Assembly: GCA_964036045.1 (NCBI GenBank)
Contig: OZ038378.1
Location: 15,004,001-15,068,000 of the forward strand
Origin: Eutreptiella sp. 'Long Island Sound 2002'
Taxonomy: Eukaryota > Protista > Euglenida
Reading direction: 5' to 3'
Length of the DNA stretch: 64,000 bases
The translations under genes and the position numbers were made by a program. Below the pieces are notes generated by a model that was not told where the DNA came from, did no database searches, and saw only the letters and a list, made by a program, of their open reading frames with translations. Of the stretch, positions 23,830-36,080 are shown in pieces (positions within the stretch are counted from its first letter, which is position 1; the number at the start of each line of letters is the position of its first letter).

Positions 23830-25518
23830 CTGAACCCTTGTCCAGCCACCAACGATGTTTGTGCTCCCTATGACCCTCCCAACTGCTAACATCTGTACTG
23901 GGAGCCAAAGAGCCATTACAGGAGTCATATCCTGAGAGCATCTCATCATACCTGGGGTGTTCCATGTGATTCGTTACCCCACACGAATCCGAGGCAGTTT
24001 CCCCTCCCAACTGAAACTCCGTAGCCTCAAGCTCTGTCAATCCCAACTCCTCCAACAGACCCATCACCGCTACCCATGCCCCCGCAGCGGCCAGGAATGC
24101 TGTTTGTTCAAAGGGGATCCCCACCCCTCTTTGAAGTTCCTTGCTAAAGGTAATAGTATTCAAATGTTCATTTTGTGTGTACTACCCGACGTTTCTTGGG
24201 TGGCCAAAGTGTGTTACCCCACTTAACCAGTGGTATGTAGTGCACCTGTTGAAGTTGCCGTACCACATGGCCTTGGGAGCAATCATTTGGGTACCTACCT
24301 TTCCAATATTGTCCGCAAATAAAAGAGGCTCGGCTTGAGTGACGTCAAAGATTTTTCTCAAGCATCAAGTAGCTACCCCATTGGTTATGTTCCCGAAAGA
24401 GCTGCACAACTTTTAAAATCCCCCCCGGTTCTTATGTAGCCCAACCGCCTGCCCACCTCTTGCAATTTTTCTGAGCCCTCCCTCTTCACCCCAAACCCAA
24501 AGGGGGGGCAACCAACCCTCCTATCCACAAAAGGAACGAGGGGCTGGCCTAGGAAGTTAGGGAATGGTGTACGCACATGGGCTCCATGCCTATGGCGTCT
24601 AACCTGCCCTATGTACAGCTTGGAATGGCCAAATCAGCCAATCTATCATTTTTTGGGTGGTCGGCTAAAGGGGGAGCACCTGACGCAGGGCGCATGTGGT
24701 GCGCTTGCGGCGTGCGGCGTGGAGATTTAGCCATGTCTCCCGACCAAGCAGCTGTATATTAACACGTGGCTAAGCCGGAAGAGCTAGAATTTCCCTCCGC
24801 TATTTGGACATGGGTGGAAAAAATTGACAATCTAGCAAGGAGACCCCAAACTAGGGTGGTGGTTGCTCCCAAGGGGCCATCTTATGTACTTTCACCTTGG
24901 GAAGCGCTGGATAGGGCAAGACGGAGGGATGTTTACACAGGTTTTGTACCTAATACTCAGCTATTCTAAGGGGGCATTTTAAGAGGGAGTAAGATGCAAC
25001 GCATTCACCCATTCCGGGTGAACCCACAGTAAAATTAGCACCCCTCACACACACACCACAGTGCATCAATGGGCGCCACTGGTGAGCTCATAAGCGGACA
25101 CAAAGGGCACCCCTTGCACCATTTTGTCTCCTTCCGCAATGTACATCCTGCTCTTACTACAACACCAAACTGATTTGGGAAGTTTTTGACCAAGCGCCAC
25201 TTTGGCACGAATCAACACACCAAGCATGCCCGCTCTCTCTTGAAGATGCAGAGGACACTCTACCTCAATAGCAATCCAGCTTTTAGCAAGATCTAGGGAA
25301 GCTGCAGCACACCTTTGGTTTGTTTGCATAACGGGGCTTCAAATGGTCAGGTTGCCTTGTCCGCATTAGGCTCTGGCTACGCCTGCCCCATAGCTGTCAT
25401 CGCCCTCTGTCCACCGTGTCAGCGCCCCACGCTTCTCGAGGCGCCTTTGGATTGTGCATCCCTACCCTTACTCCACGCTGTTCTCTGGCCCTATGGACCC
25501 TATGGGGTTATGCGTACA
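23830..25518 (-). pseudogene. Decayed non-LTR retrotransposon RT region
   Basis: SLDLAKSWIAIE ... GDKMVQGVPFVS resembles the RT LDLxKAFD and GxRQGCP motifs; related pieces at 36152-38300 and 61380-62100. Confidence 0.5.
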
Positions 25519-25689
25519 CTGAACCCTTGTCCAGCCACCAACGATGTTTGTGCTCCCTATGACCCTACCAACTGCTAACATCTGCTAACATGGAGCCAAA
25601 GAGTCATTACACCTGAGAGCATCTCATCATACACGGGGTGTTCCATGTGATTTGTACCCCCTGACAAGACCATGGACAAGCTGTCCATC

Positions 25690-26130
25690 TAGGTCTCCGG
25701 ATCTGTTCCCATGTCTGAGTTGGTCATCACCCCACCACGCAAGTATTCACTTGCCTCACCTTCTGCCTCAGCTGCGGCAAGCTGCCACTCCTCCGAAGGC
25801 CGCAACATGCGCCGCAACCGCTGCCTGGTTCAAACACATGCCTTTCAACACAAGCTCTTCCACTTGCATAAACTCTGGCACGCATGCCCCCTCACTCACC
25901 TATATCAATATCGTTTCTCAGCTCGGTTGTCGAAACAATTCTACCAGTTTCTCTTTGGTAGCAGGCCATGTGTTGTGGTCCACTGTCATCTCTGCCCATG
26001 CAACATTTTACTCCCCACTCCTCACAACACATATTTCAGCCACATGAACACAAGTAGTTTTGCCCCACCCCACGACGGCAACAACCACACTACCGCAAAG
26101 AGTTCCGCCGCATGCTGTGTTTGTGCATGC
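25690..26130 (+). repeat. Dispersed repeat with an inverted, diverged copy at ~38630-39100
   Basis: Both copies give the frame AATCAATxxWFKHMPxNTSSSTCINSGTHAPSL, on opposite strands. Confidence 0.8.
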
Positions 26131-29100
26131 TGCTCCGAAACCCCCACCAACAATGCCACATCTACTCATCCAACTCCGGCGAGTACACACCCATGCCTGC
26201 TGCACTGCCAATTGGTGACGATGTTAGCTCCAACACCAACCCATTATGCCTGCCCACCGCCAGAAGGGCTCCATGCGCACTTGTGCCACAGACCCCGGGC
26301 GCACGAGGCACTGCATGAAGGTATGGCTGTGCACCCACTGCACTCACAGGCCCAGTTGCACCTGCCCTAGTCCCCCTTCAGAAAGTAGCAGCATTAAAAT
26401 GGGCATAGTCAAATGCTAGGTACTCAAATTTAGCGCCACTTGGTGAATCATGTTTAATTGGAAGAGCACATGATCCGTTGGGGCGTACGCCCTTGTTGTG
26501 AAATTGACAAACCATGCGACCCCGGAAGCAAAAAAGAAACGCACGCCCTTGCATGCTGAGCGATAGGGAAGCCAACATCCTAGCCCGTGATAGCATTTTC
26601 GCAATGACTGGTGCATGACACTTCTCCACCCATTGCCCAACAGCATCCCCAAATACTTCACACTGTGAGTCCTGCTACAACCTTTGGCTGTGCCAGGTCC
26701 AGGTCAGACATTGTTACTATGGCATATGCTTTTCTGAAATTGTCGAACAGGCCTGACAAAAATTTGAAAAACTGCAGTGTGTATGTCAACGTCATGTGCC
26801 ATGGACACCGGAGGCTGTGGTCACAAAACCATGGAAATCGGCTGCCACACCCTGTAAAGAGCTAAGCCCTATTTAAGTGCCAAAGGTCTCCTGCAAGTGG
26901 TGATGATGCGTGGTCCCCTTCACCCATTGTGCTCCCCTCATTCAATTTGATTAGCACGGCTGATGTGTGATCATGGAAACCACCATGCATATGGAGCTGG
27001 TGGTGGTTGCTAACAGCACCCCTCTTTGCTGATTCACATTGGATGATCGGTGTAGATCCACTGAATGGCCCTGTCGTAGCCACTTTAAGCACCGGTTGCA
27101 TCGTAATTTCTGGAACACCAGGCACATCATCAAGGCACAATCACTGCCATGTTGTTGGCGTTCATCCCATGGTGCATTCCAGTGGCATCCCCAACGCTGT
27201 TGGTCCTACACCAGAACAAGTGATTTCCAGCACGACCAATGTACACATAGGCACCTGCTCCCACTCATATCAGTTGCAGTGCTCCTTCAAACAATTGCAC
27301 CCTGGGACTGCCTGGTGGGCCCTGACAATTTTCAGAAGGAACGCACAGTAGCCACATCCTGTGTATCTCGCCTTTATCTATTTCTCCTTTCACTGGATGC
27401 CCAATCTGACACTGGACCCTCAACAGTCCGACAAGCTGGAGCACAGGGACAAAAGAGAAACTGGGCTCTCCAGTAACTCCTGCAACCCCAGTTTATCCCA
27501 CCAGTCCTCTGACTTCAGTTGGCTGAGATCCACAACCTCTTGTTCCTCATGCACCTGATCATTACAACAAAGAGCAGTCTCTGGCCTCTCCCTGAGCACA
27601 CAGCTGTGCGCCATCTCTTGTATCTCGTGATCTGTGTGCATTGTTTGGGGGCGGGCGGGCGGGGGGGGGGGGGGTTCGCTCTCCTTCTATTGTAAGAGGA
27701 CGTCCCACACACCCCAAGTCTGTGGCAGGGCATCATGAGTGGTATGAAGCATGGTTGCATATTTGAGACCCAATTTCCACATTCATGCGCTGGTAGATCA
27801 TCCTGGAGACTGGTTTGCACCCATCCACGTGCTAGCACAGCTCACAGGTTCAGCCAGTGCACAGATCTGGCCAGGGTTGAGGGGACCGAAATTGCACCCC
27901 CTCCCCCCCCCAAATGAGGACACAGGAATGTCAGCAGTCTTGGGTTGGGGGCTCAGTCCCTTTCAAAATCACATGGCCTCCCATGCACATTTCCTTGACC
28001 TCTTGGAAGCTGTTCTCTGCCTCTGCACGGCAACAATTGTCCCTCTACAAGTACCCTTTTGTAACAGCACCTTCCAGGACGCCCTGAGAACCCAAAAAAT
28101 GATAAAAGAACTAGCTAGGAACACATTGTTGTACAAAACTATGAAACTCAAGAATGATGGAAGAATTTCTATGAGCACTTGTTTTGTCTTGACCACCACC
28201 CATTTGACCTACACATGACAACAGCTTGGCTACGGCTGTGGGACTTTGTGTCAGGGGCATGCAGTATGTGCACTCGCCTTGCACAAGACTCACCTCTTTC
28301 ATGAGGGTGCACATGCGCATGAGGAGGATGCAGGATCCGACTATCAACCGTTTCAAAAAGCGGGTCACGGCGGATAGCACCTTTCATGGGAGTAATCCTC
28401 TGCTGCAACGCTTGCTTTGGGGATGGGTTGCTACTTCCAATGTTTCACAACGCCCCCCCCCCCTCGGTTGGATCGAGAACGCATTTGGCTCTTTCGTAGT
28501 TCTTCTCTGTGATTCTATGCTTTAAGTGTGTTCTGCGGCCTCAAGACAGTGGTGGCCACAAATGATGCCCTTGGCATGTGCTATTTCCTTGATTCCAAAG
28601 GCCACGATTTTAACAAAGCGCATGCAACGGGGTGTCCGTCTTTAGACAAGCCTGGGCTGAAGCAAGAGGACCAGGGATGTACCAGCTTGCACTCGAATCG
28701 CTGGCGCTGGGGGTTCGTCCCAGGGATTAGCAGACACTGGTCCTCATGAACTGAAACCACCATGTGGCATTGGAGTAGAGTGGCTCATATTTTGCTGAGT
28801 GAGACAACCAATGCAATACTCTAGTGGCCCTTGAGCAATGCAGCGAATTGTTCATGGCTCCCTGTCTGAGGCTGCCAATGAAACATCCTAGTGGAACTTG
28901 AGTAATCCAGCTCATGGCACATTATCTCAGCTACGCCTTCCTTCAGCCACACTTCTTTTCAGGGCCGTATCTATTTTTTTTGGTACCTGGCCGCAGTAGG
29001 ACAAGGGGGAGGGGGAGGGGAGGGGGCTAGGCAGGCTACATTTGATACCATTTTTCAAATCGTTTTGCACTTGGTTGCAGTCGTTTGCGATCATTTTACT

Positions 29101-29872
29101 TAAAATCATGTGCAATCGTTTGTGAAAATTTTGTGCAAAATGTTGCCCAACAACAGCATAAAATCCTGCCCCTGCTCAGAACTTTTTTGGTTGATCTCCA
29201 ACAGCCATATGCCGCCCCAACCTACAATGTGCTGAGGCATCTGAGCCTCTGGGAAGTAGCCACCATGGTACGACGGTCCTCTCCCACCTCCGAGGGAACT
29301 TGAAATTCCCCCCCTTTTCGCAACCCAGGCCCCCCCCCTCCTCCCAGGGACGGGGTGATTGTCATCAAGTAGCGTCATGGGGGAAAGGTCATTGTCAAAA
29401 CACCTCCTTGATCCAGGTATCATGAGCAATGATTGAGAATGCATTCATCCAAAGCCAACTCAGTTGATGCAATGCGCTGTTTCACGATGCACAGTCCTTG
29501 GCATGATTGCCGTACCACCACACAAAAAAATAAGCACACCCACACCACTGATTTTCACTGACCTCCATGCACCTGGGCACAAGCCCAATATGCATGTGCA
29601 GGCGTGCAAATCGCTTGTAGGGCTGCATATATAGGTGTCTCCTGTGAAACCCTACTCATATACAAGAATCGGGCCATTGCTCCAGGCAACACAATTGCTC
29701 TCTAAGAGCATGGACACCTGCATTTCTCCGTGACTCACCTCGCACTCCTGTTTTGGAAGCAGCCATCAGGAGACATCAGTAAAAGCTATATGCTGGACAG
29801 GCAGCATGGCAAGTTCAGATTGTGTTTGACAACCTCACTCTCAAAAGAAATCACATGGTGCAGCGGTCAGCC

Positions 29873-30493
29873 TCACTTGAGGTTGCTTGTGACAAAGTCC
29901 CAGTTGACAATCTTCCAAAAGCTCTCAAGATATGAGTCCCGCCGGTTCAAGTAGTCCACGTAGTATGCATGCTCCCAAACATCGCAGGTTAGCAAAGGAG
30001 TATATCCGTCGGTGATAGGAACAGCTGCATTCGAGGTGTTCACGATCTCCAAACTGCCATCAGCAGCCTGACATAACCACGTCCAGCCAGAACCAAAATT
30101 TCCCATTGCCGATTCTGCAAATTTCTTTTGAAAGTCCTCAACGGAACCGAACGTTTGGGAAATCTTAGCCTCCAAAGCGGGGGGCATGGCACTGCCATTG
30201 GGCTTCAAGCAGTTCCAGTAGAAGGAGTGATTAAAGTGCTGCGCCGCATTATTGAAAACCCCTTTCTTCGCAGCGTCGGCAGCAGATATCTGAATGATTT
30301 CCTCAAGAGACTTGTTCTTCAGGCTAGGATCAGCGTCGCAGAAGCCATTCAGTTTCACGACGTATGCGTTGTGGTGCTTGTTGTAGTGCAGATCAAGTTG
30401 CTTTGCCGAAATCACAGGAGGAATACCATCCGCCACAGGGTATGCCAAGGTTGGCAGTGCGTGTTGAACACGAAGAAGCGAACGGCGGAACAT
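29873..30493 (-). CDS. sodB: Iron superoxide dismutase (copy 2)
   Basis: Translation identical to copy 1. Confidence 0.97.
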   Translation of the reverse strand: MFRRSLLRVQHALPTLAYPVADGIPPVISAKQLDLHYNKHHNAYVVKLNGFCDADPSLKNKSLEEIIQISAADAAKKGVFNNAAQHFNHSFYWNCLKPNGSAMPPALEAKISQTFGSVEDFQKKFAESAMGNFGSGWTWLCQAADGSLEIVNTSNAAVPITDGYTPLLTCDVWEHAYYVDYLNRRDSYLESFWKIVNWDFVTSNLK

Positions 30494-30506
30494 TTATCGT
30501 CTGATT

Positions 30507-30529
30507 AGAAAAAATTGACACCCAGAAAA
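30507..30529 (-). other. Relict spliced-leader sequence (copy 2)
   Basis: Identical to 23319-23341. Confidence 0.7.
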
Positions 30530-31048
30530 CGTGACCTCATAGGGCCATGAATTTATTCAAACGCTGCCCAAACTGCGAGGTTCACAACATTGCAGCAAAT
30601 GTTTGCGTTCAATTGCCCTGCTGCTGGGCTGAACAAAGCTAGGGAGGTTAGGACCTGTTCACCCTGCCCAACAAGGCATTGGACAGCCGTCCCACACTTC
30701 CAAAGTGCTCAAAAAAGAATACAACACCCAATGCATGAGGTGCCTTGGGGGGGCGGGGGGAGGGAGGTTCAACACTTGCTCCCTCCGGACCAAGAGGATG
30801 AATGGTTTCAAACCTCCGCCTGTGACTCAACAACCACGCATGCTACCACCTGGACGAACCCACCGCTGATAGTCACTGCCAATCATTACGAATGAACCCT
30901 CATATCTGATTGCCTTGGCCTTGGCGCAATTCCTTGGGCACCTTGCAACGTGACATTTATTGGTATCCACAAAGATTGGTTAGGAATTCCCAACTCAGCG
31001 CCGCGGGCCCAAGCTCACTGAACCCTTGTCCAGCCACCAACGATGTTT

Positions 31049-31151
31049 AGGTTATGCACCTTGCACTGAAACATGCACTGCACCACAAGTCCAACACACA
31101 GCCTGTCAATTGCTGACAACAACTCGGGGTTCAGGTCCATGCCCCTACCCG
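31049..31151 (-). repeat. Split direct repeat B2 (103 bp)
   Basis: Matches 31435-31537 with one C/T difference. Confidence 0.95.
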
Positions 31152-31351
31152 GGGGCAGGGCATGCGCAGCCAGGCAGGCTGCTTCCAGTAGACAGTGTTT
31201 GCATAGCGGTGGCGGCAGGGCTGACTGTACTGAGGCACAAGCGCTGGGTGCATTCAGCGACCCGGAGGGGGGGGGGTGGGTGGGGGCAGGGCACTGGCCG
31301 GTGTGGTGGGTGGGGAAGCAGATCCAGGGCCAGTAAGGGTGGGTGGGTGGG

Positions 31352-31434
31352 GGACCCAACCATCAGTGCAAAGAACACACTAAGCAACACAGTCGGGGTC
31401 CTAAACTATAGTTTATATCCATAAACTAAGGTTT
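31352..31434 (-). repeat. Split direct repeat A2 (83 bp)
   Basis: Identical to 36069-36151. Confidence 0.95.
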
Positions 31435-31537
31435 AGGTTATGCACCTTGCACTGAAACATGCATTGCACCACAAGTCCAACACACAGCCTGTCAATTGCT
31501 GACAACAACTCGGGGTTCAGGTCCATGCCCCTACCCG
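31435..31537 (-). repeat. Split direct repeat B1 (103 bp)
   Basis: Abuts A2, forming the circle-junction sequence AAGGTTT|AGGTTATG on the plus strand. Confidence 0.95.
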
Positions 31538-31709
31538 ATGAATACGCTGTGCGGCTCCCCCCCCCCCCCTGTCTCAAGAAAACTGTGGAGAGGGCACGGG
31601 GGGGTAGGGCAGGGTGGCGCTGGCTTACCTCGAAAACCGGGTAGCTCCCACGCGTTGCCCTTGCGGCCGCCGTGGGGTCTCCCTGCGCCTGTCCCCCCCC
31701 CCCCCCCCC

Positions 31710-33294
31710 TCAGCCTGTGTATCGCACTGTCCCTACATGCAGGGGTGTGTGCACGCGTTCCTGGTCCAAACGTGCCTGTGTGCATAGTGCTGCTACAAGC
31801 ATGTCGTCTGGAGAGTCATAAGATCTCCAGCGGGATGGAACATCCGCTGGGTTCAACTCTCCCTTGACCCACAGCAGTTCAACCACCGCCCCAGACCAAC
31901 GCAGAGTGTGCTGCAGCTGGCGCAGCAGCCTGTTTTGTGCATCACAGGCTGTGGCTGCTCTGCCCTTCATGGCAGAAAACAATGATGACATGTTGTCCCC
32001 ATAGATTCGCAGGAACTGCACCCGTCTGTATGCCCCCGTGCGCACTGTCTCTACAATACTTGCCAGCTCCGCTGCTTGCTGTGTAGCTACCCAATCAGGC
32101 AACCTCTTAATACGCATCCCCAGTGAATCCCCCCAGATGCCTACATAATAATTCTGGCCCTGTCGGGCCGCGTCGCAGTAGAACGTATCAGTTGATCCCA
32201 GGGTGCCGTGGGGCACCCATGGGACCAAAGCACATGCAATGCCTTCCAGGAGGCCCCGCAGGACCTTGGGTGGTGTACACTTCGCAGTACTGGGTCCCTG
32301 GTTGAGCCAACGGTACGCGCCAGCCAGGAAAGGCTGTGCCCCCCTCCCCGGCCGCAGTGCCCACTGTAGTTTCCCCAGCATGCGCCTCAGCGCTTTGCCC
32401 GAATATCCGGTGGTGGCTAGTCTAAGCCAACAGCAGACGAGGTGTGCCTGCAGCGCTGGGGCATTCTGCACCCCTCCCTGGTCTCCCCCGACCACCTTTC
32501 CCATCCACTTTACGCGGTCGCTGGGGTCCAGAGAGGACTTTGGGCTGACCACCCAACCGGCCTTTTCTAAATCCGCCTTCGTACGCAGTGCCTGCTGACG
32601 GACCGAGCTGGAGTGCCTGCCTGCCACCAACACATCATCTGCATATTGGATCACCACCACCGACCCTGGGAAATATTCTACAAGGAAAGCTGCCAAAATG
32701 GCTTGCGCCATGGAGGGACTGTGCTTCCAACCGAATGGCAGGGACTGCAGTGCGTACACCCGCCCCCCCACCCCCACCCTGATGCTGTCGCGCTGCGGTG
32801 GGGGTAGTCGACAGCTCCAGAAGTGGTTGCTTATATCAAGGGTGCAGTAAAACAATTGCTCCCCACGTAGTGCGCACAATTGCAGCAGGTGTGCCAGCCC
32901 ATCCAATGTGGGCAATTTAAATGGTAGGGGGTCCACACAGCGGGCATTCAGGTCCAGCATGGGTAAGATCAGGGAGCACTTGTGCTCATTCTTGTGCTGG
33001 ACATACGCCCTTGCATTCGGCGGTTTTTGCGACGGGGAAACCGCAACAAGCTGTTGCCCCAACAAGTGCAACCAACGGCGGGTCCGATGAAAATGGTTGG
33101 GGGGGGGTGCCCTCAGAGGCCCACAGGAAATTAGCCGGAGCCATGGCATCCCAGACACTGTCCGGTATGTCAATGGCCCCCGTGTCCCCCAGGCCCTTCT
33201 CGGCCACCTCTACTGGCACCACCAACTTAGACCGGTGTCTCCGCGAGGATGACGTGCTGATGTCCGGCGGTGAGATGTCCGTGGCCGCTTCCAC
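31710..33294 (-). CDS. Reverse transcriptase-RNase H ORF of the YR retrotransposon; N-terminus joined by a +1 frameshift near 33100
   Basis: TLDISNHFW, LPFGWKHSP and QYADD RT motifs; FYCDAA, QQAAELA, YGDN and NPADVPSR RNase H motifs. The N-terminal frame starts at ATG 33294. Confidence 0.92.
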
Positions 33295-33307
33295 ATTGGT
33301 GGTCGGC

Positions 33308-35128
33308 TCATGCAGAACCGCTCACAGGTGACGGCTGACTGGCCCCGCCTCCTCGTTCCATCGGCACATAGTAGTCATCATGTAGTCCCTCAGCAGGTCC
33401 CTCACCGTCTGCTCCTTCACCCGGATCGTCTCCGCCACCTTCCTGGAGGCCTGTAGCCAGTGGTCCGTCACCAGAGCCTCGCATTCCGGACACTTCATCT
33501 GGGCCAGCGCGGTGCACCTGCACAGGTCTCCACAGCTGGTACTGTGGACCTCGCCGAGTCGCTGTGACCACATACCCAAAGTGTGGGGCTGTGTCGGATT
33601 CGGGTTCCCGCATAGGCGGCTCGCCTCCACCTTCACGTTCTCTCCTGCATGCCCGCTTGGCGCTGTCAGGCAGGTCGTCACCATCGCGTTGCCGCTTGTG
33701 TCGGGCTGGCGTGTCGTCCGTCGCCGCCGGCGTCGCAGCGTTTGTCCCCAAATCACTAACTGGGTCACCACCATCATCCGAGTCATCGACCACAACGTGT
33801 ACCACATGCCCCTCAGCAGGTATGCTGTCGCTTGCTGCAGTAGCAGGGTCATCAAGAGCTCTCTCCACCTCGGTGTTCTCAGCCTCAGCACCCACACCCT
33901 CCGTGATCTTCGGTCCCTCCGCTCCTTGAGCGACATCATCGAATTTCTCCAGCAGCTCCACCGGCTCTGTCGTTGGCGTTTCCTCGTCTGCCGCATCTGG
34001 CCCCTCATCTGATGTGCAGGCGCTGGAGGTGTCAGAGTCGTCTCCCGGTGGTTCGGGGTCGTCCCTGTCCCCCCTAGTGAACATGGCTGCTGGGATCTTC
34101 GGCACTGGCGACCATGCATCCGCGGGCCAGAGTGACTTGGGTTGGACCAGTCGCCCCTCCACATCTCTGGCCAACCATCCGCTGTTCCCCACCGGCCATG
34201 GCACGTGGACTTCTGCTGGTAGTGACCATCCTGGCGGCGTCTTCCAGTAATGTTTGGGCTGGGCCTGTGACCACCAGCGGCCCTAGACTTGCAACCCTCG
34301 CAACTTTCCGCCTTGATGCCCCCAGGACACGGCCCCCGGCTTCTTGAGGCCGTGCCAGGCAGCTTTTGGGAGGTCCCGATGTTGCACCACTTGCTGGAGC
34401 ACCGTTTGTAGCACCGACCTTCCTCCTGGGACCAGCGGCTGTCGTACTTGCACGTGTCCAGGTCTGTGTTTCCAGAGATATGCCCTCCATGCCTCAAGAA
34501 AAGGCGAGAGGGCGTATGTGGTGACTTTCTTGTTGCGCTTTTCGTCCCAGAATGTAACGAACCCCGGCACTGATATCCACTCCCACGTGACGCTGGCCGC
34601 GTCGCCCACCCTCCAGAGGTACACGATGCTGCAAATGGCCAGGAACACCAGCCGGCCCCAGGCCCAGTGGCCCCGGCTGGTGGTGATCGTCTCGACGTGG
34701 TCCCATGTGGCGACCGGCTTAGGCTGTGCCCTGCGCGCCCATCCTTTACCAATCGCCCTGGTTTGCATCCAGTGGACCTCGGTAACCACCGCTTGGATGA
34801 TGCGTAGCTTTTCCAGTAGTCGCACCCCTGAGATGAGCGCTGTCGCGCTTGACCCGCTCTTTCGCCTGGCTGCCAAGGCATTGAGCCTCCTCTCCACGGC
34901 GTCCACCAGGAGCTCGTCTGGTGTCCACCGACCCGGGTTCCATGACCCGGATGGCTGTCGCTCCCGTGCTCGACCTTGAGTCGGTGTGCGTGAGCCTCCG
35001 GACATGCTGTAATGCCTCCCATGCATCGCGGACTGTGGGGGCCCCAGTGGGGACCTCCGGGCCCCCCCCGCCCCTTCACTGGCCCTCCCTTGCCGGGCAG
35101 GGGTCCTTGGACCAGTGCATATGGCCAC
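33308..35128 (-). CDS. Tyrosine recombinase with a long acidic C-terminal extension; in-frame TAG at 34283-34285
   Basis: YLWRVGDAA, WHGLKK and LQV*GRWWSQAQPKHY continue in frame into ORF 33308-34204. Confidence 0.85.
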
Positions 35129-36080
35129 ATTTTATGCACGGCGTGGGGGGCGGCTTGCTGGTGTCGTACGTCACTCCTTTCGCCGACACCCAGAGCCTGG
35201 TGTCGCCGATCTGCTGGAAACCTCCAGTGGACCCCTTCTTGCCGCAGTCCGCGGCCCGGTGCCCGTCTTCGCCACATCGGAAGCACCTGCCCGGCTTGGC
35301 AGGCCGTCCTTCGCCATTAGCTCCCGTCTGTTGCTTGGGTGTCTGCGGGGTCTGCGCGTTGTGCTGCTGGACTGTCGCCCTACCATTTTGCTTCGCCAGG
35401 ATTTCCTGGTGTAGCACGTTCCATACCGCCAACACGAACTTGTCCTCCCGCCAGTTTTCCGCATTCAAAGGTCTGGTCTGCAGCTCTGCCACCGCGGATG
35501 CCAGCGTGGTCATCCACTGGTATGGCAACGCCCTGCCCAGCATTTTCGCTATCTCCTCGTCGGTGAGCGCCGGGGCTGCCCGCGCTTTTGCCTTCTCCAT
35601 CTCGAGGGTGGCCCTGGCCAACTTCGCCTCCAGTTCCGCTATCCGTTGTTTGTCGGGCGTTTGATCTGCTTCCATGATGGCGTATGCATCTTTGACGAAG
35701 ATTCCCGCGTCGAAATCGGGTCGCATGTGCTTCTGGCCGTGATACACTCCCATTGCCCTGATCAAATCCGCCTTGTCGGTGAAATCTCCTCCGACCGTAT
35801 CCATGAACTGCTGCAGCATCTCGTCCGACACGTCCTCCACCGCCAGCCACTCGTGCATGCCGATTTCCCATCCCGCCACGTTCATCTTGTAGGCTTCGCT
35901 CTGGAGTAATACCCTGTACGGCCCTGCTGCCCACTTCTTCCAGTCAGACCGCACCTGGTCCACCGCCTCAGTGATCATGTCTGCGGCTCTCTGGTCCTGG
36001 ACCACTTCTGCTGATGACGCGCTTGTTGCTGGACTGGCCCCCCCTTGTCCCGTACCCCCATTTGCATCGGACCCAACCAT
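35076..36080 (-). CDS. Gag-like protein with a zinc knuckle
   Basis: CFRCGEDGHRAADC (CCHC) plus CIKCGHMHW; coiled-coil segment; first ATG (MVGSDANGG) lies inside repeat A1. Confidence 0.88.
   Translation of the reverse strand: MVGSDANGGTGQGGASPATSASSAEVVQDQRAADMITEAVDQVRSDWKKWAAGPYRVLLQSEAYKMNVAGWEIGMHEWLAVEDVSDEMLQQFMDTVGGDFTDKADLIRAMGVYHGQKHMRPDFDAGIFVKDAYAIMEADQTPDKQRIAELEAKLARATLEMEKAKARAAPALTDEEIAKMLGRALPYQWMTTLASAVAELQTRPLNAENWREDKFVLAVWNVLHQEILAKQNGRATVQQHNAQTPQTPKQQTGANGEGRPAKPGRCFRCGEDGHRAADCGKKGSTGGFQQIGDTRLWVSAKGVTYDTSKPPPTPCIKCGHMHWSKDPCPAREGQ

Larger units (their letters stand above)
19603..25518. repeat. Segmental duplication, copy 1 (~5.9 kb)
   Basis: Matches 26792-37761 at offset 7189/7188, then 12291 after the retrotransposon; only a few substitutions and ~48 bp of deletion were seen. 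Confidence 0.95.

Noticed and set aside
33322-35286. 654-aa ORF overlapping the recombinase
   Set aside because: Low-complexity R/G/P/S-rich shadow frame of GC-rich coding DNA with no recognisable motif.
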